Shown here: piece after piece, positions 1-13,910 of the stretch
Layout: each line of letters begins with the position of its first letter
How positions within the stretch are numbered: position 1 is the stretch's first letter
NCBI GenBank assembly: GCA_951804945.1
Contig: OX638149.1
Location: forward strand, 83,328,001-83,392,000
Source: Podarcis cretensis
Taxonomy: Eukaryota
DNA: 64,000 nt
Direction of reading: 5' to 3'
Translations under genes and position numbers: made by a program
The notes under the pieces: model-generated
What the model saw: only the letters and a program-made list of their open reading frames with translations
Told to the model about the DNA's origin: nothing
Database searches by the model: none

Positions 1-799
1 AGATGAATTTTAACAGGGAGAAATGTAAAGTATTGCGCTTGGGCAAAAAAAATGAGAGGCACAAATACAAGATGGGTGACACCTGGCTTGAGAGCAGTAC
101 GTGTGAAAAGGATCTAGGAGTCTTGGTTGACCACAAACTTGACATGAGCCAACAGTGTGACGCAGCAGCTAAAAAAGCCAATGCAATTCTGGGCTGCATC
201 AATAGGAGTATAGCATCTAGATCAAGGGAAGTAATAGTGCCACTGTATTCTGCTCTGGTCAGACCTCACCTGGAGTACTGTGTCCAGTTCTGGGCACCAC
301 AGTTCAAGAAGGACACTGACAAACTGGAACGTGTCCAGAGGAGGGCAACCAAAATGGTCAAAGGCCTGGAAACGATGCCTTATGAGGAACGGCTAAGGGA
401 GCTGGGCATGTTTAGCCTGGAGAAGAGGAGGTTAAGGGGTGATATGATAGCCATGTTCCAATATATAAAAGGATGTCACATAGAGGAGGGAGAAAGGTTG
501 TTTTCTGCTGCTCCAGAGAAGTGGACACAGAGCAATGGATGCAAACTACAAGAAAGAAGATTCCACCTAAACATTAGGAAGAACTTCCTGACAGTAAGAG
601 CTGTTTGACAGTGGAATTTGCTGCCAAGGAGTGTGGTGGAGTCTCCTTCTTTGGAGATCTTTAAGCAGAGGCTTGACAACCATATGTCAGGAGTGCTCTG
701 ATGGTGTTTCCTGCTTGGCAGGGGGTTGGACTCGATGGCCCTTGTGGTCTCTTCCAACCCTATGATTCTATGATTCTATTCTATGATTCTATGATTCAT
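1..799 (+). mobile_element. CR1 LINE 3' end (ORF2 C-terminus, 3' UTR, (TATGATTC)n tail)
   Basis: ORF 3-608 contains CR1 ORF2 motifs ([44 protein letters not shown]). The element ends in TATGATTC repeats at ~761-799. Confidence 0.95.
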
Positions 800-1244
800 A
801 TTGCCAGCCAGCCATGCTCTTTGCCAGGAAACACTATTCCATTCCATCTCAATAGGTTTCTGTAAAGTGGCTTTTGTTTTTTTGTGCTTATGCAAACCTC
901 AGAGTCTCCCTGAACTTGCTAATGCCTCCCTTTTATGAGTGGGTTGTGCCATTTTGGTTAACTAAAGATAGGCAGTCAGAGAAGGCATTTAGGATGCCTT
1001 TGTTTGCTCTGGTAATGCTGGCTCACATACCTCTACTAGTCCTTATAAACAAAAATGGAATATCCTTACTCAGAGGCAGTAGACCTCACATCCCTACCTG
1101 CAGGGAAGAAACAAAGAGGTATGGCTATCCCCAAAATGGCCTACTTCCGAGTTTCCTTGGGGCAAGAGATTGGCTACTGCTGGAACCAGAGTACTACTAG
1201 CCACAACTGCTGTGCTTCACCTCCACTGCCAGAGGCGGTGTGCT

Positions 1245-1372
1245 TCTGAATACCCATTGCTGGAAACTGCAGGAGGGAAGAGTGCTATTGGACTCAGGAT
1301 GCTGCTTGTGGGTTTTTCCTATGTATCTGGTTGGCCACAGTGAGAACAGAATGCTGGACTAGGCAGGCCATA
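1245..1372 (+). mobile_element. Degraded squamate retroposon 3' fragment; related copies in opposite orientation at ~5805-5990 and ~32632-32730
   Basis: The string tctggttggccacagtgagaacagaatgctggactag and approximate reverse complements recur in the window. Confidence 0.5.
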
Positions 1373-3633
1373 AGGGCTAATGTTTTTATATAGTATGCAG
1401 CCCCAAATGTAGTTCGCTTTGTAGAATTGTGTTGGTTACCTCAGGGGATGCTCTAGCACAAATGCACATCAAATCACAGTGCAGAAGAACTTGGCTAGCC
1501 AATTTAAACCCAGTGGTTAAGAAGGCAACCTGTTCTGTTGTTTAAAAATATATATATAATTGCAAAGAAATGCAGTAAGAATAAGACAGACTTAAGGAGG
1601 ACACATAATAAGCAAATATAATGTAAAATAGAGACAGATAGGGAAACAAATCGGTCTCTAATATTAGATGTGAATCAAGCAAATGTTTATTTACTTGGGT
1701 ATATGCCAGACCAAGAAGATGAAAAGCCAGGAGTGGGGTAGGAGACTTGCATTAAAAGGAGAATTTCCACCAGTTGCAGTTTCACCTAGTGTTCACACTG
1801 CCACAGTTACCAAAGCAGTGCCGTGTTATCCTGTTAGTGTTGCACGAAAACATGTAAGAGAACAGAATGTTGGTACTGTTAGATTTCTGTTGGGGAGAAC
1901 ACCGAATTGAGCCTTTTATATTTTCCAACTTCCTATAACCTCTTTTATAGGATGGGGTTGAGCAGAAGTGGGTTTCATTCTCAAAAGAAAGGCATCCTGA
2001 TTCAATACATGCTCAGGGACCCTGTGCCCTCAAATCCTGTTTTGGAAAATATAAACCTTTGTTGTCAAGACAACAACACTCAAAAGCTGATTCTCTGTGA
2101 CACACACGCTATGCAAGATGCCAGGTTTAAAAAAACACATCAAAAGTTAGAAACCTGGAGTGAGATGGAAGACTGTATGAACCAAAAGCCACAGAGGAGC
2201 TTTTAATGGATTTCAGCATTTAGAGAGTTGAAGAGGGTATTTCCTTTGTTGAAGAGCAGCAGAGGGGTCGTGTTGCAGCTTGTCATGAACACTGAGGTTC
2301 CCTAACACTTCCCTGTGGTATTATCATCACCTCTGGGCTTTCATACCCAAGTGACAAGTTCCAGCTCGCCTGCCCCCAAGAAAATGAGTGAATGTATTTC
2401 TGGGCCCAGCAAGAAGAATTACCAGCACAATTACATTGCTCTTAGAAAGTGCCCCATCCTTTCAGCCTAGAGAAAGGCACTGACTGATATATTTTGGTGG
2501 TGGTGGGGCCCTCCCCACCCTCTTTCACGTCCTGCATTCAAAACAGAAATCCAGATTGCAGAAATGACATCATGGCTGCCATTTTGTGGCTGTTACTGCT
2601 GCTCTGGTGTACACCACTACCAGCACTGGGTGTTGAGGACTGAGGGAAGTGAGAAGTTCACAGTGCAAGATAACTTTAAATCCCAGTTCACACAATGCAG
2701 GCCGAGTGCGAATGGCACCTGCATTCCGGCGACATGCGTCAAACACGCTATGTTAAATGTGGGGTTCCCTTTAACGTGCCTGTATTTTGAAAGGAAGGAA
2801 GAAGAAAGTTGCTGAAGGGGGGGGGCAGATCAGGATCCGATTGCAGGAGTTTCATTCCTGAAGCAAATACGCCAAATCCTTGAAAATGTGCAATTATTTT
2901 TGAGCCCACAATTTCTAGGCAGGCTTCTGTTCAAATTTCTAGACTGGTAAATGAATTCCAACCTCTTATGTGGCAAATAAATGTTTTCTATTTTGCAATA
3001 AGCTGTCATTTGCATATCAAGTCGCGCAGAGAGGTGGCAGCGTGCAGCTGTTGCTTGTTGGAACTCGCCTGTCTGATCACCGGCTACCGCACTGCAAGTT
3101 ATTCACTCATTTAATGAACACGGTTGCTGTATCGCGGCCTCACAAATCCAGGCAGCCTCATTTACATAGGATGTGATTTATTCATGATGAATAGCAACCT
3201 TATGGATGTGCACAGTGCACATGCTAAATTAGCATACTTTACTCATGCTATTTCCAGCAGATGGTTTCTCTCTGTACCAGCTGCAAACAAGGAGGAGTGA
3301 AGGCACATTCAGTGGAAGGACTTATCTGACCATTTCTCAGTGTCAGGGGAGATAAAAAGCCCTGAGAGGAAGCACAGAAATACCTGTCCACAGGATTACC
3401 TCTTTTACCCGCTCTGTCATTACGCCTCCGTCTGTTAAAACACTGGCAACCTTATTCTCACAGTTAAAATGCAGAAGATCCCCATTATAGATAGAGGTTC
3501 AGTGCTGATTTAGCATGCTTCAGCTCATTGACTTTACAAGGTTGAATTGACACCATTACATAGTGTACAAACTGGAATATACAAGTAGAGCCTGCAACAA
3601 AATGTTACAGCACGGATGCTTCTGTTCCAGATA

Positions 3634-4047
3634 CAGTAGTACCTTGGGATACAGATGCTTCAGGTTACAGACTCCGCTAACCCAGAAATAGTACCTCAGG
3701 TTAAGAACTTTGCTTCAGGATGAGAACAGAAATCATGCAGCGGTGGCGCAGGAGGCCCCATTAGCTAAAGTGCTTCAGGTTAAGAACTGTTTCAGGTTAA
3801 GAACGGACCTCCAGAATGAATTAAGTTTTACCTTGGTTTACGAACTTAATCCGTTCTGGAAGTCCGTTCTTAAACCAAAACTGTTCTTAAACCGAGGCGC
3901 ACTTTCCCTAATGAGGCCTCCCACCGCTGGTGCCCTTCCACCGTTCGACTTCCATTCTTAGACCGAGGTAAAGTTCTCAAACCAAGACACTATTTCCAGT
4001 TTTGTGGAGTTTGTAAACCAAATCGTTCTTAAACCAAGGTACCAATG
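3634..4047. mobile_element. Composite Tc1/mariner-type MITE: two related MITE parts fused in opposite orientation
   Basis: TA-CAGTAGTACCTTGG ... CCAAGGTACCAATG-TA. The first part is homologous to the MITEs at 15633 and 50690. Confidence 0.75.
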
Positions 4048-4710
4048 TATTTTATTCCATCGCCCATCTGTTTTCTGCCCCACCACCCAACAGTTAGCAT
4101 TCTGTTTCCACTGAGGAGCCTACGCAGCCTTCGGTATTTTTTGTGTGTACATCTATAAATTTTATTTCCTATTTGAGGTTTTGGAATAACCGTACAAATC
4201 AGCAACAGATTAGCACACTTATTCGAAGACAGGAGGCAAGATATCTGTATACAGTATATGCAGCTGCTCTTGTTTTGTTTCTTGGTGAGCTTCTCCATCA
4301 ATGCAATTTGCCATGGTTTGATGTATCAACAGTCCAAATCTGCCCCTTTCAAGTCTTTCTAGTAATGTGCCATTGTCACTCTTGCTGCTAATAGCTTATG
4401 ACTGATTAAAGTTTTAGAATGTAACATTCTCATGTTCTTGAGGAAGGAGGGTGTGGTTTTTTTGTTTTGTTTTTACAATATGGGTACCAATTATTTTGTT
4501 CATTTCCAGAAAAAAATAATATCCCAAAATTTTGCTACCTCACCACAGGTTCTCCAGCACCATGCTGAAAGTGTGGGATTGAAGTATTGCATTTTCACAA
4601 GGGTTTCCCTGAGTCAGCGACATACAGACCAGCCGTGGAATATCTGCGATTGCTATTAGCTTATAAGATAATACTGTGTGGCCCTCCATATATCACTGGC
4701 CTACACCTTG

Positions 4711-4958
4711 GAAAGCCAGTGTGGTGTAGTGGTTAAGAGTGGTAGTCTCGTAATCTGGTGAATCGGGTTCGATTCCCCGCTCCTCCACATGCAGCTGCTG
4801 GGTGACCTTGGGCCAGTCACACTTCTTTGAAGTCTCTCAGCCCCACTCACCTCACAGAGTGTTTGTTGTGGGGGGGGGGGAGGGAAAGGAGAATGTTAGC
4901 CGCTTTGAGACTCCTTAGGGTAGTGATAAAGCGGGATATCAAATCCAAACTCTTCTTC
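4711..4958 (+). mobile_element. tRNA-derived SINE (Squam3-like)
   Basis: Pol III A box TGGTGTAGTGG and B box GGTTCGATTCC, MIR-like core GGGTGACCTTGGGCCAGTCAC, and a (CTT)n tail. Confidence 0.8.
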
Positions 4959-7900
4959 CCAGCATCCCCAACTATTGGTCATGCTGGCTGCAGCTGATGG
5001 GCTGCAGGTTCCCCATCTCTTCTGTACTGTATGTGTCAAAAGTGGAAACAAAGAAAGGGAAAGAAAGAGGGAGGTAATGCAAGCAAATGAAGACTGAGAG
5101 CACAATCTGTTTTCTGTTCTGTGGCCTCAAATGCAAGGAATTGTGGGAAAGTTAAATTCTTGGATACTGTGCATAGCTCAAACAGTTGCAGCATCATAGC
5201 CAGAGAAACATTTCCCCTTAACGGCTCAGAAGGATTGTCAGTTTGCAGTCCAGAGGTCATTTTCCTCATCTTTAGCTGACCCTGCACTGCAAAAGAGACA
5301 TCTTTGCTTGCTCAAGTACTTTCAAGTTGTCCAAAGCAGGTTCAGAGGCAGCCCAAGACATTTTGCTGCCTGAGGCAGTGCAGCAATTTCCTCCTCTGGA
5401 GGTCATAGTGCATCAGTAGCAAAGACAGGTCAAGTTATTTTGACGCCTGAGGCAAAGAAGACAAAACAAAAGCTCATAAGCATCTCTCCCGCCTCTTCTT
5501 GTAGGTGAAAAGACAACGAGAATTGTATTTTGCAGCCCTTTCCATAAGCATCTGTTTGGGCACTGTGAGGAAGCTGGCTCACTAGTTAATGCTAAATTAA
5601 CTTAATTAAGTTAATTAATTAATTTAATTGCTAAATGGGGTATGTTGCCTTTGGAACACAGAAAGTGACCTGCAATTTTTGACATTTTATTATTGTCCGG
5701 TTTTGCAACTTTTTATTGGGCATCAAAACTCTGCCAAATCCGTTTGACATGAGACTTACTCTGTGCCAAAAGCAGAGCACTGACCCCATGGGCTCTGAGA
5801 CACTCATAAGAACATAACAGATATGCGGGATCAGGCCAAGTCCAGCACCTTGTTCTCAAAGTGACCAACCAGATGCCTATGGAAAGCCTGCAAATGGGAC
5901 CTGAGTCGCTACAGGTCTGATTCCCCAGCAACTGGAATATTCAGAGGCACACTGGTAGAACATTGAGAGAGAACATAGATGTCATGGTTAGTAGCCCCTC
6001 TTCCCTATGGTACATCACCTGTTTCACAGCTGAGCCCTGACATTCAAAACAGGTCAGCTTGCTAGATGCTTTGAGGGGTGACTGTAAAGTGGGCTGTACT
6101 GTACAGTCTTCCTGTCTAATAAGGCACCAGACAGCTATGTGTTTTTGAAATGGTACTATCAGCTTTGCACTTGATATTTAACAGTCTCAGTGCAGCAAGA
6201 TGAGATAAGGAGCCGGAGGTGGGGGAGGCAAGGAGACACTCTAGAACTTGCAAGCAAACTGAACACAAGAGGACAGTGGCTGTGCAGGGAAGCAATTAGA
6301 GACGGATCCGGAAAAGAGAGCAAGACTGAACACAGAGAGGATTAGAACATAAGCATCTTTTAAGATCAGAACATCCCAACCGCTGTCTTCCCAGAGCCTG
6401 TCCCTAGGGGATGGGCCATATGAGTGGCAGCAGGATATAGAGGATAGAAAGCTTTTTATCTGTGGGATGCTAGTTTAAACCCAACAAAGGCTAAATCAAT
6501 ATTTGAAGCCATTTGTATATTCAGCACATTTTGCTTGTTTGTTCCTGCCTCCGTTGCATTTAGAATCCATTTGAAAATGAAATTCACAAGGAGATTGTGA
6601 CATTTGGCCTCAGCCAGATGTTTCCCAATAGTTATTATTTTGAGTCTTATTAATTTGCTATTTTCGTATTATGGGATTGTCTCTTCGCCATCAGAATTCA
6701 CAAGGCAACCATTTATTTGATGGATGAGTGAATAAATAAGAAGTGTGGGGTGACACGAGACTCTAATGAGCTGAGCTTAAATATTTAACTAATCAAAGGA
6801 TTGGTTTTGATTTATTCATTTATACGTTAATTAATTCATTTATTAAAAACAGACAAACAAACATCCGATTTGTTAAAGGTCCGCAGAGCATGCAAGATCA
6901 GTTAACATATTGTTAGCTGATTAACAACTGGAAGCTTAAAAATCCAATCTACGAATGAGAAGACGCTGTAAACCCCAGGTTGCTAAGTGAACAAAATCAG
7001 TTTCTATCTTGCAAACGACCTCCCGCGGCCTCATTATTAAAAGCTGAATTGTTGATACAGCAGCGCCTTCATAGGATTAGGTCAGGGAGTTCCAGCACTG
7101 GCATGAGGGCAAAACTGGTGCTGGGAGCCAAGATCTGAGCTCAGTTCCACCTCTCCACTCCAAGCACATGGCTGTGGTGCCTTATAGGTACAATTCATAC
7201 AATATGGCAGGGGTCCCATGTAATGACCTCCAAAGGACACCAACTCCCATCATCCCTGCCCATTGGTCATGCTAGCTGGGGCTGATGGGAGTTGGAGCCC
7301 AACAACATCTGGAGGGCCTCACATTGACTGCTCCTGCAGCAGGCGATCTGGTGTGCCAGTTGGGGGTGGGAAGTCTGGGTCTTCTGGCACCTCATTTAAA
7401 AATAAAAAAGACTGTGTTATTATTTAAAAAATAACCGCAAACTTGCCAGACTTTAATTTGAAACCCCCACTCTCCAGCCTGGTAACCTGAAATGTCCTCC
7501 TTATGCAGGATATAAAAAAAAGGCTACTGGATGTGGAGGCAGATTCAGTCCTATTAGGGTTAGCAGAACAGGGCAAAGCTAAGATCAGGAAATGGGTGGA
7601 GGCTGAAGAGCTTCCTAAACTGCTAATAAGCTATAGAGTCACAGATAAAAGTGGTTCAAGGTCTCACTTGGTAGGCCATTCCCTATGCTCCTAGTATCTG
7701 CTGAGGTTATTCCTGTTCGAACTTGTGGGATTGATTAGGCTTTAAAGGAGCAGCTCACCCCAAGAGCTATTTGCCGGTGCAGATGTGCAAGCAGTTGGGT
7801 TGCTGTATGAATGGGGGGGGGGGGGGGAGAAAAGCTCTGGACTGCTTTTTAATAAGCCCAGGGATGCTGCCCAGAGGTGCCACTGTGCAAATTGCTGTTT

Positions 7901-10900
7901 GTGGCGTGACAGCTAAAGAGAGGCTTCTGCAGCAGGCTGTGAGCCAAATTCGTATTTATAAAAGGCAAAAAGGCAGGGATGAGAAAATCATTACATAACA
8001 ATGAGAGGGGCAGGCACGAGAAACGAAACCGTTGAAAACTCTTTGCGTCTTCAGCTTACCCAGGAAGAGCAGAGAATTGCCAGAACTAATCTCTCATTAG
8101 GTCCTTAGAATACACAGCATCACCCAGAGGAAAGAGCTCGGTTTCTGGGCCAGGAGATTTACCGGCTGGCTGGTGTTACTGACTATATTCATTTTTGCAA
8201 TCTGTGGATGTGAAGCAGGTTGCCTCTGCTGAATATTACCTCTTAGCTCCCAGAGAATGGCAAAATATGCTTCCCTTCTGTGAAACTCCATCCCCTGCCC
8301 ACCTGCACGCACACACCCCTCTAATCCAGGCAAGCACACAAAAGGCTCCTGTGCAGGATTATAAAAGACACAGCACCTCTGCCTTTGACTTTGTTTGGAT
8401 CCCACATGCAGGGACTCTATAGATTTGGATGGCAAGAAATTGGGCATCCATATATTTACAGTACATTTCTACCTCACAGAGGAGGCATCTGGAGAAGGCT
8501 TAAGTTGGCAGAGTGGGATATGCATTTCAGTTGTCTAATGCGTGCCCTGCACAGCTCCACATTCAGATCCTGGGAATACCGGAGTGTTATCCACTTTTTA
8601 AGTCCCATTGAACCAACTGCATGCTGTCTGTCCAGATTCATATTCTGGCTTCACACCTGTATGCAGTAGTTTCAGGTATTTGAGGATTCTTGAGCAAAGG
8701 AATGCAGTCCCTCCCCTCCACCACCACTGTCCATTCAAGGGTCCTCTTCCCTTGCGCCTAAGCTGTACAGCCACCTGGGGAAAACTCATAAAGTGAGCAG
8801 CAACAGGAGGGGGACCTAGAGATTGGCACAAGGCTCCAGCAAATGCCCACTCCTGGTACTAGGCCTGTCTCTATGGTTCATGTACCACACCCTTTTTACT
8901 GCAGTGTAGTGGGAGTATAGATAGCACAGCTATCCTGCTGCAGAGGCAATGTAGGGTTCCCATAGGAATTTATCTACTGCTAGCCACTGCCGCTCTAAGT
9001 GCAGATTTTCAATAAGCAGATACCCTGATCCTAAGCCAATTACTCATAAATAAAAGAGCAGGGTTCAGATCCCCACTCAGTCATAAAGCACCGAGCAGAC
9101 CATATTTCCTTGAATGGATTACTTCACTTGTGCCATGTGATTTATTGCTGACCTGCTCCTGATACCCACTCCCAACAAAGTCTCAAGGTATCAGCGTCTG
9201 CCAACATTTAGTGCATCAAAGCCTGGAGAGGAGTCATCCAGGAGAATCCTGGTAAAAATGGACTCGGGGACATGCTGAAATAGTTATTAGACACATTCAC
9301 CAAAGCAGCCCCAATATTTTCAGCTACATTGCAGTTTGGTATGAACTGTGAAAATGCACACCTCTGTGTTAGAATAAGGTTGCAATACTATGCAAACTTA
9401 GAAGCAAGGGCCATTGAATATGCATCAGAACATGGGGTTTGATCACTGAACATGATCAGATCACAAGATAGCCCTGAAAACATACACATAGGTGCACCTA
9501 TTTTTAAAATATTGCCTAGTGACTGGGTCAAACCAAGAACAGTTCCAGCTCATACTTTAGACATTGCTGCTAAGAGAGGCTTATAGTGGTCTAGCTCAGG
9601 GATTGACAGATTAGCAGCTTTGAGGTCTTCCGCAGCAAACATGAAGTCTCTGAGCCCTGCTTCCCTAGTCACTGCCCCTCTTAGTCATGCGGCAGTAGGG
9701 GCGGTTAACATTTTATTTCTTGAAGAGTAAGCCAAATGAAGGAGGCAGCTGACATCCCATGTCCTCTTTTAGCTTTATATGCATTTCAAGGCTAAGTTTA
9801 ATTCTACTGGATCCAACTTTTACTCAGACCCCTTGGCAAAGTGGTGGGGTGTGCTTCTCTTACAATTTCTCTGGGCGCGGGGCAATCTGGGGGAGAGAAG
9901 CAGCCAGAAGATGCTATTCAGAGAACATGCTAAACAAAAAATCCCAAATGTGCCAATGGCCCTAAAAGGTTGCCAACTCCTGGCCTAACAAGTCACAAAC
10001 ACCTCATAGCAGATTCTGCATCACCTCTGCTTAAAAAATGAAAGGATGACTGGAAACACAGACAATAAAAGCAAAGAGAAAATGATTAAATACGCTTTTA
10101 TTTAGAAGAGTGTAAAAATACCCCATTTGTTTAAAAACTGGCAGTTTAAAAATATATGTTGGCAATAGGTATGTGGCTTACACCATTGAGTGAGTTATGC
10201 CTCCAATACAAAACAAGCAGAAAAAGTACTTGAGTCTGGGCTTGTGATTCCATTTGGTAGAGGTACAAATTCTGTCTGGAGGGAAGAGCTACAAACATTC
10301 ACTTTTGTCTATGGCTTATTTCTGCCCAGAACAAAGCAGCTGAATGCTACTTGCCATTGGTTCTACATGAGTATCTTTGGCTTATAAGGAGCTGGAAATG
10401 AAACACGCTTTTCCAGCATGTGCATGCACACACACAAAAACACAACATTGTGGTTTGTTCTGTTGCCATCACAATCATGACAACCAGCTTTAGCTTTCAA
10501 AAAGGCACTGGCCTTTACTGTCCGATATACATACTGGCATGCTGGTGAAACATACGAGACCGAGATTCTCAGAGCAATCTCTTCAACACCCCATTCTTCT
10601 ATCCCGATATGTAGCACTATAGAAAAACTGATATTAAAAAGTAATAATTGAGTGAACAGCACCCTCACTTCACCAGCAAGCTCATCATGCAAGAGGAAGA
10701 TGAAAGGTAGAGGTCTAGAAGGAGGAGCCAAAACAAAACACTAGACAGGGAAGTCAAGAGATGGAGAGAGCTTTTAACAGGTCACTGGAGTGACAATTGG
10801 TAAGATAGTATCCCAGAATCATTCATCTCCTGTACAGAAGTTCCATTATGTATTTGCATGTTCTTGCTTAGCTATGAGTGAAAGACTCACAAGAGAGCAT

Positions 10901-10996
10901 CAACAGTCTAGGAGGGAATCAGGGAGTAAGTGAAGACAGGCAGAAAACAGTTGCCTCTTATTGAAGATACATGGAGATTATAAGCTTCCCCGAACT

Positions 10997-13910
10997 TCAT
11001 TCTTCATCCAGGTGCTTGGCAGAACGCCTCTGCCTGCGCTGCAGCTCTGCCACTTGACACTTCAAGCTGCGCACTTCGGCTTCTAGTCGGGCCCCTGAGT
11101 GGTTTGACCCACTCAGCCAACCAAGCAGGACATACAGCGTAAGTAAACCTGACAGAAGCATAGTTTGCACAGAGCGATCAGGCACTGAGGTGACAATAAA
11201 CATAAAGCAGGCTCCAAAGAGGACAAACTTGAGGCCCCACATGATGCGGCTCAAGATGGCGACCAACACACTCAACAGCAGCGACAACACCCAATAACCA
11301 AGCAGAGCAGCCAGGCCCCAGAGCAGCGCTGTCTGCACCTGTTCAGGGTTTAGCTTCAGGAACTGAGTTGCACGCTCCCCTGGAACACAAAGGAGAAAGG
11401 GAAAGGTTTTATAAAAACATTCAACCCAGTGTGGCACTACACCATTTCATGACTATGGCATCACTACATTCCAGAAGGAAGCATCCCTCCCACAACGCAT
11501 CAGTAAAGGCTCCGCCACTAGTCCTAAGATGCTGCTGCTACTGATGATAATAATGATAATGATAATAATATTAATAGTTTGCTTGTTTTTGTTTGCTTGT
11601 TTGCTTGCCGCCCATCTGACTGGGCTACCCTAGCTACTCTGGGCGCTTCCAACAAATTAAAACACAGAAAGACATCAAACATTAATTTTTTTTAATATGA
11701 GAGTCCACATTTTTGTCTCAATGACAACAGCTGAAGTGTCAGAATCAAAGGGAGAAATTCCTCTACCCAAGCAACCCAGTTCATTCTGGGCATAGCACTG
11801 CTCAACTCAACTGTGCAGACAGAGACACAGGGCTGGCTCATACAACAAATCTGTATTTACCATTGCACATATGTGTGACAGCATGTAATACACCTATTTG
11901 TCAATAGGATACTGACAGACTTCTCCTAAAATATATGATGTGGGAAATAGACTTGAGGCTGCAATTTGAGCACACTTGTAAATATTCTCCTTTGAACTCA
12001 GTGAAGCCTACCTCAAGAGTTCTGAAGCACAAAGTGGGCGCGGGGGGGGGGGGGGTCAAAACACACTTTTGTTGGAAGGATGAAATACACCAAGATATAA
12101 ATTTATAAGCACATTAGTTCTCAGAAAAAAATTGAACTGGGAAACTAGCTAATACCAGATCAAACTATTTAAAAGAAACTATGTGGCCCAAAATACGTTA
12201 AAATTAGATAATAAACGGCTTTTGAACAATATTTTCTGAATACTTTTTACAAAATCCATTTCACTTTTGGTGTTGTTGTCACCTTTGTCATTTTAAAAAG
12301 ATCAGATTCAATTTGAAAGCTTTAACCCACTGACCCTGAAAATCAATTTTATACACACAGACGAAACACGGGGTTGGAATCTAATTAACCACTTCTGGAT
12401 GCTTAAAGACTTGGATATGCCTAGAGGGATTTAAATCTGTACAACATTATCTGCCACAATCAAAAACACCATTTGGAAAGTCAAGCAGGAAGTGTATGTC
12501 TGAGAAATGCAAACACCTCTTGGACAAACATGACTCATGCTGCATCTCTGAGCCAAAATAACAATAACAACAATAATAAATTAGGAACCAGTATGGGTTC
12601 AATCGTATTCCTATATGCCAATCCCAGCCCTGCTCCATCCCATCACCACCACTGACATAAGTTTAACATCACAAACCAATGCTTTATTTGCTTGGAAGAC
12701 AGTCCCACGGAGTTGAGTAGGGCTGCAGCCTAGGTTGCTCATGCTTTAAAGACAAATAAGTAAGAAAGGGGGACTGAATATGCGACATCTTTTGGACTCC
12801 TGGGGTGGTATTCAGCTAAGTTTGTCACAGAGTAAACCCACTGAAATGAACAAACATGGCTAAGTTATATTAATTAATTTCCATGGGTCTGCTCTAAGTA
12901 AAATTTAGTTGAACACCACTACCCTGTCTTTCCATCCAACCAATCTCCTGGTCACTTACCAGCTATTCCAAAGGAAGTAAGGAGCTGCCCTGTAATTTGA
13001 GCCACAACAAATAATGCTGAAGAGATCCCAGAGGACACCATCCAGACCAGAGAAGAAATATTCTGCAAGAAGAGAAGATGCACACATGGGTGTTTCCTAT
13101 TCACTCCATTACCAGCTGTCAGAATTCAAAAGGGCTGTCCCTTTTGTCAGAACCCATCTGCTTGGATACCGAAATGTAGCGATGGAGAGCTCCCTTAGCT
13201 GATGAAATGAGTGGGAATTAAATAAAGAGCAACAAGATGACATAAAACTGGTCAAAATCAGTTTTGTCATAGATTTAATTTAGTCATCTAGAAAAAGAAG
13301 GTGGTACAACTCTCCTTGGACTCATACCAACTCTGAACAAAGCTAAAGGAATTTATACGGGAAATGTTCCCTCTTGTTCAAAACCCCAACACAAAGTAAA
13401 CTAGCATGTCAAGGCAAAACTCTGACTGGTTTCCCCACCACCACCACATAGCAAAGTGTTCAATTATGTAATCCCCAACTGCATTCTAAGGTGGTTCAAT
13501 CCAGAAAGACCTGTTCACTGTGCTTTCCCCCCTAAACATTTAGCTTATTTGTCCACCAGTTAGCGACGTGCCTCAGATACATGAAAATATCATCATCACC
13601 ATCATCATATTGAATTTATATACCACCCTATACTCCCAGGTATAGGGGCAGTTCACATGAACTTCTTTGTTACCTCATTCAATATTCTAAAGTTCTCTCG
13701 TCCAATCAAATCCTCCATTGTCTCGCTCATGGCACGACCCACTTGGGATAGAAAGTCCGGTTCGGCATACTTTGCTCGCTTTGGCTCACTCCGGTACTGC
13801 TGGGCACTGGTTATTCCTATGTGAGTGAGCACAAGCACTGCTACTATAGCCAAGATTGGTTTTGGCGGGGACTGGAAGCAGCTCCGTAAGGCGAGGCCCC
13901 ATTGAGTCAT
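10997..13910 (-). CDS. TMEM109: Transmembrane protein 109 (mitsugumin-23), 240 aa; coding exons 13910-13674, 13062-12960, 11379-10997
   Basis: GT-AG exons of 237+103+383 = 723 nt join in frame. The protein has an N-terminal hydrophobic segment, hydrophobic helices (LLWGLAALLGYWVLSLLL) and the C-terminal GARLEAEVRSLKCQVAELQRRQRR typical of TMEM109. It is adjacent to PRPF19 as in mammals. Confidence 0.92.

Noticed and set aside
4711-4790. tRNA gene-like A/B boxes (also at 61512)
   Set aside because: They are SINE heads that continue into SINE bodies and tails.
8060-8192. TMEM132A signal-peptide exon
   Set aside because: The ATG-led hydrophobic frame stops (TAA TGA) before the donor, and I see no recognisable homology.
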